56,981 nucleotides of DNA from Eubacteriales bacterium. GTDB lineage: Bacteria; Bacillota; Clostridia; Oscillospirales; JAAYXM01. The notes under the pieces were generated by a model. It searched no databases, had not been told where the DNA came from, and worked only from the letters and a program-made list of their open reading frames with translations. The translations under genes and the position numbers were made by a program. Positions 1 to 9,500 of this stretch are shown here, one piece after another. Positions within the stretch are counted from its first letter, which is position 1; every line of letters begins with the position of its first letter. The DNA lies in the NCBI GenBank assembly GCA_045533555.1, contig JAZSHZ010000209.1, forward strand, positions 1-56,981. Direction: 5' to 3'.

Positions 1-107
1 ATTTCAAGGCGTTTTCCGCTTGTTTTGTTCAAACCTCACCTCTCGACGTACCAACGTACTACTTCGGGTTCGGTTTGAATAATCTTGCACCCTTTTGGAC
101 AATCTCT

Positions 108-174
108 CAGCGTGTCGATAAGTTTATCGACACGCTGAAACCGTGTGGCAAAATGCCACACGGTTTCTTTTTTG
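108..174 (+). terminator. Tandem stem-loops; the second is a rho-independent terminator
   Basis: Perfect 13-bp hairpin cagcgtgtcgata/tatcgacacgctg (108-137) is directly followed by 13-bp hairpin aaaccgtgtggca/tgccacacggttt (138-166) and ctttttt. It lies between the window edge and the stop codon (178-180) of the convergent minus-strand gene, so it probably ends a + strand gene located off-window. Confidence 0.6.
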
Positions 175-177
175 CTT

Positions 178-1122
178 TTATATTTCGCCATATAGAGTCT
201 TTATCGCGCGGATGATATCAAGCCCGTATTCACCCGTGACGACAGGCTTTTTATCGGGCGTCTGCATAACGCGGATAACATCCTCAAGCTGATTTTTCAT
301 ACCCGAGCCCGAATGCTCTTCCTTTTTGAAAACGCCGTCCTCCCCGCAATATTCGACTGCGCCGCTCGTGCTTATTCTTATCTCGCCCTTTGTGAGATAA
401 AGAACGGTCGGGTTCATATGCGCGGCTGTCGTTCCGACGAGGTTTACCGTTCCGTATCCTCCGTTTTTCATTCGCACGAATGCCTGAACGCTGTCCTCGA
501 CATCAAAGCCTTCGCGGATATGGACATTCCCGCTGATCGACTCGATCTCCGAATCGAAGAAATATTTCATCTTATCGAGGCAATGCGCACCGAGGTTTAT
601 CATTATTCCGCCGCCCGAAAGCTCCTTTTTCAGGAACCAGCGCGGCCTCGAATCAGCAAAATAATTGACGTTGCGAGTCTCAGAGAAGCAGACGGGCTCG
701 CCAAGCTCTCCCGAATCCGCAATTTCTTTTGCACGGCGGTAAGCATCGACATAGCGATGCGGATGGCCTACCCAAAGCATAACACCGCATCTTTTGCAGG
801 TTTCTATCATCTTCTCGCAATCGGCGACGGAGATTCCCATCGGCTTTTCGAGGAAAATGTCTATCCCCCGCTCTGCGGCATAGCAAGTTGCTTCTCCATG
901 GAGAAAATGAGGAAGCGAGATTATCGCAAGATCAATATCCTCCTTATCGAGAAGCTCTTTATAGTCTGTATACCCGACTGCGCCCGTCTTTTCACAAATT
1001 GCCGCAAGGCGCTCTTCGGACGTATCGCACACAGCGGTTATTTTCGCATCGGGGCTCGCCTCTATCGCCGCAATCTGCGATGAACTTATTTTCCCGCAAC
1101 CGACAAGACCTGCTTTTATCAT
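178..1122 (-). CDS. Gfo/Idh/MocA family NAD(P)-dependent oxidoreductase (314 aa)
   Basis: N-terminal Rossmann motif MIKAGLVGCGKIS and the family-typical DAV.I..P...H......A...G..I.LEKPMG block. GAGGAGA SD (1131-1137) lies 8 nt upstream of the ATG. Confidence 0.9.
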   Translation of the reverse strand: MIKAGLVGCGKISSSQIAAIEASPDAKITAVCDTSEERLAAICEKTGAVGYTDYKELLDKEDIDLAIISLPHFLHGEATCYAAERGIDIFLEKPMGISVADCEKMIETCKRCGVMLWVGHPHRYVDAYRRAKEIADSGELGEPVCFSETRNVNYFADSRPRWFLKKELSGGGIMINLGAHCLDKMKYFFDSEIESISGNVHIREGFDVEDSVQAFVRMKNGGYGTVNLVGTTAAHMNPTVLYLTKGEIRISTSGAVEYCGEDGVFKKEEHSGSGMKNQLEDVIRVMQTPDKKPVVTGEYGLDIIRAIKTLYGEI

Positions 1123-1205
1123 TTCTCTTTTCTCCTCAAAACTTTAATTTCATTTTACAGTATATACCTTTTTTCATCGTTTGTCGAGCCGATATTTCCT
1201 TTTGG

Positions 1206-1235
1206 TTGACATCAAGCAAAATTAAGATGTATAAT
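1206..1235 (+). promoter_or_regulatory. Sigma-A type promoter for the frameshifted surface-protein gene
   Basis: Consensus TTGACA (1206-1211), 18-nt spacer ending in TG, consensus TATAAT (1230-1235). About 40 nt upstream of the ATG at 1275, with AGAAGGGA as SD. Confidence 0.65.
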
Positions 1236-1274
1236 TTATATGTATATATAGGCAACAGAAGGGATTTAAAAATT

Positions 1275-2904
1275 ATGAAAAGAAGGATCATGAGGGCAAT
1301 AATCGCGCTCACGCTCGTCATCGCAATGAGCGCGGGGATGTTTGCATCGGCATGGAACTCAAACAATAAGCCATCCGGTTTTCAATTAGTTTGGGATGGA
1401 AGAGCAGCGCTAAAAGAAAATAATGCTTCGAACAAAGCAACATTTTATTTATACCGCAATGTCAACGCTCCGGGTGAAATCAGCAATATTACACCTCTTC
1501 AGCAATCCGGGTTACCTGTTCCGACCAGCATATTTAAAGATGAGGTTCAATTTCAGTTTGACAAAGATCACGCAGATATGAACGACCACTGGTTTTATGT
1601 CAGAGGAGAAAACGTAAAAGTAAATAATGGAGATAATCCGTTTGGGTTTTTCTTAAAGGAGAATCCGGAACACGCAAAGTTTATGTTGAGGCAATAGACC
1701 GAACGCTCATAAGAGAGAACCTGGTTTTAATAAGGCAAAAAAGATATGCATCAAATTCTTATGATTACAGAACTGTCAATGTCTATATCAATAACACCCC
1801 CAAGTATACAACCTACGAAGCCTTCGCAAGCAGAGGTTCAAGTTACGAAGCGGATCAGATAGATATAGAAAAAGTTACTCAGGAATCTTACAAATATATA
1901 AATAATGATTATAATAACAAAGTTTATAATCTTTATTTTGTTTCAATATACACCATTGAATTCGCAGGCGGTGGTGCGACAGGCGGAAGTACAGCCTCTC
2001 AGGAGTTTGAGTGGGGAACGCCTCAAACCCTCAACAAGAACGGATTCACCCGTTCTCACAGAGTAACCTTTAACGGCAACGGCGGAACGACAGAAAAAAG
2101 CTATGTTGATGTTAAAGCATCATTTAAAGACTGGACGGGTGAAAACGGAGATACATTCACAGACCAGCAGGCGGATATCGACAAACTTACAGATGAAACT
2201 CTTGACACCTTCACTATGACTGCAAACTGGAATTTAGGTTCGACAACCCTTCCGAATGCAACGCGCGAGGGCTATACCTTTGACGGTTGGTATGACGGAA
2301 ACACAAAAAAGGAGATGCGGGCAGCTCGCTTACCCCGACCGCTCATACTACCCTCACCGCGAAGTGGACGGCGATTGAATATAACATCACCTATAATCTT
2401 AACGGCGGCAATGACCCCGGCAACCCGACAAAGTATACGGTTGAGGATGCGATAACACTCAAAGCCCCGACAAAGGAAAACTATGAGTTTCTCGGCTGGA
2501 CGCCGGAGCTCGCCCCCGTAACATGCGACACGGTCTATCTCGCAAAATTCGAGAAAACTCCCATCGGTGAGGCGGCTTCTGACCTCATTATCACCGTGCG
2601 CGGCTGCAAGAAGGAAAATGACAGCTTCGTTTTCACTGTCTCAAGCGCAGAGTCTTCCTCCTTCAAGCCGCTCGAGGTTTCGATCATCGGCAACAACAGC
2701 GCAACGGTAAAGGACATCGCGATCGGCAAATATACCGTTACGGAAGATGACGAATGGAGCTGGCGATATGGCTCGCAAGCCCCGCAGACAATCACGGCCA
2801 GCATTCCCGATGACGGCGAGAAAAACGAGGTGATCTTTGATTTTGCCGGGGTCAGTTTCATAAAGAAATGGCTTTCGGGTCTCGCTTCTTTATTTGTCAG
2901 ATAA
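1275..2904 (+). pseudogene. Secreted Listeria-Bacteroides-repeat (Flg_new-like) surface protein gene interrupted by two frameshifts
   Basis: Signal peptide MKRRIMRAIIALTLVIAMSAGMFASA starts at 1275 and that frame stops at 1695-1697. The reading continues without stops in the frame containing 1679-2455 (VYVEAIDRT...TREGYTFDGWYDGNTKK). It then continues in the frame of 2311-2904 (GDAGSSLTPTAHTTLTAKWTAIEYNITYNLNGGN...ENYEFLGWTPE...). The second shift is at the A6 run 2305-2310; the first lies within about 1640-1690. GY.F.GW / NGG repeats are typical of List_Bact repeats, and the C-terminal GKYTVTEDDEWSWRY block looks like a Cna-B/prealbumin-like domain. Confidence 0.6.
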
Positions 2905-2919
2905 TCTTTGCAAATAAGC

Positions 2920-2956
2920 AAAAATCCTTGTCAGCAAATTGCTGACAAGGATTTTT
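2920..2956. terminator. Bidirectional rho-independent terminator between convergent genes
   Basis: 17-bp perfect stem aaaaatccttgtcagca/tgctgacaaggattttt with a 3-nt loop, an A-run on one side and a T-run on the other. Sits between the stop at 2902-2904 (+) and the stop at 2960-2962 (-). Confidence 0.85.
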
Positions 2957-2959
2957 TCA

Positions 2960-3511
2960 TTATTTTACGAAATCGAGGATTCTTTGAATCAATACTGCGA
3001 CTTCGGCGCGTGTGGTGTTTGCCGTCGGGTAGATGAGAGCGTTTTTACCGTTTACAAGCTTTGCATTGACAAGTGCTGCTACTGAGTCTTTTGCATAGTC
3101 GGCTACCTTGTCATAATCGCTTGCCTGCGGGACGTCGAGGACGCCGTCCCCTACATTGAGTTTGTTCATTCCCACAAGTGCTCTGTAAACTATAACCATC
3201 ATATCCTGACGGGTGATATTGTTTCTCGGTGCGAATTTGTTCTCACCGATGCCGTTGACAAGACCTGTGTTGCGAGCTATCGCAAGCTCCTTTGCGAAGT
3301 AATCGGAAGATGAAACATCCGCGAAGTTTTCTTCACTCTCAGAAGCTAACTTAAATGCGCGGACAAGAAGTATTGCGAAGTCTGCGCGCGTGATGTTAGC
3401 TGCGGGTGAGAACGTATTCTCGCTTGTTCCCTTGATGATTCCTTCATCTGCAAGAGCATTGATAGCGTCTGCCGCCCAGGCATGATTTCCGAGGTCGATG
3501 AAGCGGACGTT
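2960..3511 (-). repeat. Dispersed SLH-anchor cassette, copy A (3' end of giant A)
   Basis: Encodes the three SLH repeats. It aligns without gaps to the 3' ends of the other three giants. For example, 3350-3511 versus 33874-34035 shows 14 mismatches in 162 nt by my manual count. Confidence 0.85.
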
Positions 3512-6500
3512 TGAATCAACATCCGGCGTTGTCGGTGTTGTCGGAGTTGTTGTTCCCGGTGTCTGCGGGACATCGTCCTTGTCATCTGCACCCGGAGTTG
3601 CCGGGATCGTCGGTTTGTCTGTCGGTGTGGACGGTGCGCTCGGTGGTCCTGCTCCGCCGCCACCGCCGCCGGTGGTTGAACCGTAAACCGTAACTATGAA
3701 GTGAATTGTGGATTCACGTCCGTGAGAGTCTGTTGCAGTCACTGCAAAATGGTTATTTCCGACCTGACTTGATGTTGGCTTCCATACAATCACACCTGTC
3801 GTCTCATCAAGAGTTGCACCACGAGGTATCTTCTCTCCACTGTATGTGACCGTTACGTCCTCAAGCTCGCTTGATGCATTGAGCTTTACAGTTATTGCGC
3901 TTCCCGCGCTTGTTGAAAGACCGTTCGGAACTGTATCAAATACAGGTGCATTATCATCACTTACCGAAAGCGGAATTATCGCTTCCTGACCTGCCGCTAT
4001 TGTATAGACATAGCCAAGTTCAGGCTGATACATATCGACATACTTTCTTATAAGAGTTGTTCTTCCGAGATTGAGAAGGATATTGTCGCCACTTCTCTCT
4101 GCCGATACAATCTTATACGCGCCGTCACGCATTCCCTCTTCGTTGTCGATAATAACAACGCGATTTGCGAGATCTGAAAGCTCTGCATCTGTCAGAGGCT
4201 CTTCTGTTGAAAGCTCAATAACATTTGAAGAAGCAAGCTCCTTCGTGAAATCTATAACTGTTCCAACAATCGCAGGCTTCTCGCCCGTTGCCTCTCCGAT
4301 GATATCACCGTCGAGAACATATTTATATGTATTCACGCCGTTTTCAACAGTATAAACTCCCACAAAACCACGGAAAGCAATTTCTGTATCGCCATCTGTT
4401 ACTGTATAAGTAACGTTATTATTTGTTGCATAGAAGACATAGTCAACTCTTCCGTCAGCAAGCTCTACTCTTACTGCACGGGCAGCATCGTTCTTCTTTT
4501 CCTTGCCGTCCGTTGCTGTCATTGCAAGCTCATCCGCCGACTTTAAGATACGATTTCCCTTATACGGTTCAAGGACCGTTGTGAATACAGTATCAAGCTC
4601 TTCGTTTTTGTTCTCATTTTCAATGAGGACATATTTGAGCTTGTCGATGTTTTTATTTGCAGCAACTCTCGGTGCATAACCATCGGTTATTGCTACATTA
4701 ACATCTGCACCTTCTGCCACGTTTGTTCCGTTGAGCATAGTCATGCGGAGATGGATATTCTTCGAATCCTTGACTGTCTTATTGAAGTCAGTGATTGCAA
4801 AGTCAATCTCAAACTTGTCTTCGGGATTTTCATCACGGTCAACATTTTCAAGCCAGGTAAATCCTATCGGATATTCGGTCTCATAATCCCATGAATTTGC
4901 GGTTTTGGGATCCTGTCCGTATTTTGTATCCTTGCCTGCGTATGTTCCGACATAGTTGCCTGCTTCATCTGCCTGCTTTACTGTTTCTATCCCTTCTGTT
5001 TCAGAGATTTCGTTGCTCTGTGCATGGAAACTGTAGATATGGCTGTTTCCTCCAAGGACTCTGAACAGATCAACATAATATGAATTTTCATCATCCACAT
5101 TGATCATTACAACACTTCTGCGATACGCCTCAGCTTCATCATAGACATAGCTTGTGTCAACATCTATTACCTGAACCTTATCTGCATCATCATAGTGCTT
5201 TACTTTACCGCGGATTTCAGAATTCTCCTCCTGCTTTTCACCGTTGACAACAACCGTGTTGTGTGAAAGAGTATTTCTTACCCACTGAATTCTGTTCGGG
5301 TCATTTCCCGTCTGCTCCGGATAACCGAGATCGGGAAGTATATTGAGGCCGAATGCCGTCATACCAATATTGAGGCTGTCAAGATGAGCGTGGCTGACAC
5401 CATTTGAGCCAAAATACATCCAGACATTTCTTGTTGTTTCACTGCTCGTTGCACTCGTCACATTATCCTCAAATCGGTGACCGTCACGGAGAATGGAGTA
5501 GCCAAATCCCGTCTGAATATCCGAGTCAAGTTCAATCTCGCCGTATTCATCAATAATTGCCTGAATCTCGTTTGCAAGGCTCTCAGGATTCTTTGTATAC
5601 ATATCATACTTGAGGTCTTCAACAGAATTTCCGTTAAGCATATAGAGATACTGTGCGAAAACGGGATCCTTAGTCTGTGTGTAAGCCGTCTTCATATGAC
5701 CTGCATTAGCCCAGTGAGAAATATCTGCGGTGTTTCCGCCGTCTCCTATCTGCGGAGAATAGCTGTTTGCAGCACGGAGCGGCATAAGTGCGAGGAACAT
5801 CTGCTGATATTTCGGATTTTCAGAGAGGTTTTCTTTTTTGTACTTATCATATCCGTTCAAAACATTGTTGACAAGGCTTACACCGCTGAGCCAGAGAAGT
5901 CCGTAGTCAGAAGCTTCGTTGCTATGACCGTCGGCACATATTTTCTCAATGAGAACTTCGTTTATTCCTCCGCCTACGACAGGAACATCTGTTGTCCAGC
6001 CGGGGGCAAAGAGATAATCAAGCCATTCTCCTGTTTCCGGGAAGGAATCAAGAATTACCGCCGCCATAGCCACATTTCGCTGTGACATACCGAAGTTACC
6101 GTGAATCTTTCTGTTGTATACTTCATCAAGGACTCCGCGTATAAAGTTATCTTCGACATTCTGGCGAATCTGCGCTGCTGTCTGCTTTGAATATCTGCTT
6201 GTATTGTTCTTTGCTATATAATCGATAACCTGAGAATCCTCATACATATCATATACCATATCATATGCAGGAACCTCGTTTGTGAGAATTGAGCATTCCC
6301 AGATGCAGCCGAGACGCTTGCCCTGGTTCGAACCGCCATCGGAGTTCCAGACATCATTTCCAAATGCCTTGATATCGTAGTCACGATAGAAATCCGCAAC
6401 TCGGTCAAGGAGGATTGCTGCTACACGTCCGTATTTCTTATCGCCGGTAAAGTAATATGCATAAGCACAGTTTGTGATTGCATTTGTAAGAACACCGCCG

Positions 6501-9500
6501 TTGTCTCCCGCCTTTGTCTGGAATACGCCATAATGCATAAATTCCGCGATATAGAGGTGTCTTTCCACAACGGTTCCGGACAGATATGCCTTGCCGTTTT
6601 CATCATACGGGACATATCCGTAGCCGTCATCAACTCCCCAGGTAGCTGTTGTCTCACCCGGACGGAGCCCCTGACCGCAGTTGATTGTGTCAACGTTTTC
6701 AAGGTTGGAATATAGCTTATTTACAAGATATCCGCCCTCTGCACCGTAGCCGTAATACTCCTTCCATTCCGCTGTTCCTTTAGTTGTCGGAGCAACGCAG
6801 TCACATTCAAGCTCTGCATCACCGTGGTGAATGAGGCTGTGGTGAGCATCAAGGGCATCCTGATATATAAATTCGCCGTATTCATTAAGACCGAGCTTAT
6901 AGAAGCTTTCGAAATCGTTGGACGGGAAATATCTGTCACATTCGGGGCACTGAATCTTCCACGGTCTGGTTATTGAATTATGTACCCACGGATAGTTACC
7001 ATACTTCTCCTGGAGATTCTCTCCACAGTAGCGGCAAGTGTACATATTCGGGTCTTTTTCTGCACCTACGGAGAAGCTTCTCGGAACCTCCTGAGATGCA
7101 ATGAGCGAATAAATCTCATCGAGCTTGTCAACATACTTATCGGCATTTTTTATGTATGTCTCGGCAGAGCTCTTTGCCCAATCATATTTTTTGATATTCT
7201 CTCTTGCAATTTCCTGCTTTTCAGCTGTCATATAGCTTGCTTCAGTCTTTGCCGTAACAACAGGAAGCTCAATGACCTTTGTGCGAATACGTCCGTCAAC
7301 CTTGACTGTTACCTCAAATCGGGCAGTTCCGTCTGCAACAGGCTCAATATAGTTTGCCCATTCACCGTTTTCATCCGGATACTGCTCATATGCTATTTTT
7401 GCAAATTCCGGAGTGAGTGCTGCAGCTGTTACCTCTGCATCCGTAAGATCAATATCGTTGCCGAGATTTGTTTTTGCGGAAACATAAAGCGGATATCTGT
7501 CTGTTGCATCGTCTGTAAGGCGTATTCTCGGGCTTCCGCCGCTTGTCGCCGTTATATCCGTCATTCCCTCGGGAAGAACCTCGACCTCGAAGCTCGTGCT
7601 CTTTGTTTCTCCGTTAAAGGTCGCAGTTGCTGTGATAGTCGTCTTTCCTACAGCGAGAGTTGTTATTGCGTTGCCGGATACGGTTGCGACGCTTTCATCG
7701 GAAGAAGAATATGTTATCGGTGCGTTTTCTTCACTGATAACTCTGCCGCTTTGAAGCTTTACTTCACCTTCAAGAAGCGCAATATCTCCAAGGAACACTT
7801 CATCTGCAACGGTCTTTGCAGTGACCGAAGCAATTGGGTCATTCACTACTTTTATCTTGACCGTTTCGGTTGTTTCCGTACCGCCAACGGTTACGGAAAG
7901 CGAAATCTCAGCCTCGCCTTCAGCCTTTCCGGTAAGCGTGAAGGGAAGCTTTCCGGTTTTGCCCATAGTGTAGGCCGCAAATCCCGAAACTCCAAGAACA
8001 TCGGAGGTCATCGAGCTTACTGATGCTGAATTTGCAGTATCTGCGCTTCCGTCGTTGTTTATACCGAAGTGAAGAGCCGAGCCGTCTGTCATGGCAGCAT
8101 AAACTGCACCCTGCACCGTTTCACCGACTGCTATCTCTTCGGGAAGCTCATATGCAATCTTTTCATAAACCGTTCCCGATTCTGCAACCGGGTCAAAGCT
8201 TATTGTTCCTACAACAAGAATTGCACCTGCGGAATAATGCTTTTCACGGGCTCTGAAGGATATCTTGTGTTCACCCTTCTCGAGATGCAATGTGTTAAGA
8301 GACTGCTCACCGTTATCGAACATAGCCGTAACCGACGGGTCATAGCAGTTGTAGTCACCTGCATACATATCATCAACGAATACAGAGAACTTTCCTCCCA
8401 AATTCCATACACCGCCATGAACCTTTAAATTGAAATCGTGTTCATAGGGAATGTCAACAAGAATCGTGATTGCATTGTTTGTGATTTTCGGAGTTGCCGG
8501 CCACATACCGCCGCGCAACCACATATATGCCGCCTTAAAGCCTGTGTTTGAGCAAGCGCCGAGACGCCACATTGTTGTGTCTGATTCTTCGCGCACCAGC
8601 GTATACCCCGGTGTTTTTGTCGGAGCAGGGCGATTACCCGAGCCGTCAGCACCATTATATTCACTCTGCGAGAAATCTACCGAAATAGTCGGGAAGGTTT
8701 CATAAACATTGAGTGTAAGCTTTCCTGATATTTTTGCACCGTCTTCGTTTTCAGCCTCTGCTGTTATGACGGTCATACCTGCCGCAATGGTTGCAACTTC
8801 GCCTGTTGCCTTATCAACCGTTGCTGCAGCAATGTTTGAGCTCTTATATGATACTGTATAACCGCTCATATCAGCAGCTATTCCGTCATTCATCATACCC
8901 TCAACGGTAATCTGCGCGGTATCTCCGGGAAGAAGAACGGATTTATCTGCCGAAAGTGTGATGCTTTCAAGCACAGGAGCAGCTTCAATTTCAATATCAA
9001 TACCTCCGATGACCTGCTTGCCTTCTGAAATTGCAGTCACCGTTATCTTTGCAGTACCCTTAGATACGCCTGTCACAACACCCGTTGTCTTATCAACGGT
9101 TGCGATGCTTTCATCGTAGCTTGCGAACGAAATTTCGGTTTCCTCTGTCCACTCGCTTTCGAGATTGCTTATAAGCTCATAAGAAACCTGCGCAGTTCTC
9201 GTTGCAGGAATGGTTTCTTTATCAACGAAAACCTTGACGGTCTGAAGCTCCGGAACCGGATATATCTTAATCGGAACCGTTTCTGTGTACGGTTCATTTC
9301 CGTCGGTGTTGACGGTAATTTTAATGTTTGTATCTCCGACTGTCTTCGCGTTTACCGTGAATGCAATATCGTTCTCGCTTTCAGGCTGAGCATACTTCAA
9401 ATCCGAAACGGTTGCGATGTTTTCATCTTCGATAATAACCGAAACGGTATTCTTCACATCTTCCGAAGCATTATCAGAAAGCCCGAAGCCGCGGTATGAA

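Noticed and set aside
1-107. Possible structured RNA or gene end at the left edge (ttcaaacc ... ggtttgaa inverted repeat at 29-36/72-79; a 25-codon open frame ending at TGA 76-78).
   Set aside because: It is too short and truncated by the window edge. I recognised no tRNA, riboswitch or intron signature. It is most simply the 3' end or UTR of an off-window + strand gene ahead of the terminator at 108-174.
3512-3690. Low-complexity stretches (poly-Gly, Pro/Thr-rich; also 18890-19060, 34040-34220, 41075-41250), considered as tandem DNA repeats or contingency loci.
   Set aside because: They are in-frame interdomain linkers (GGGGGG, TPTTPTTP) with no long perfect nucleotide repeat unit. The frames are intact in all four genes.
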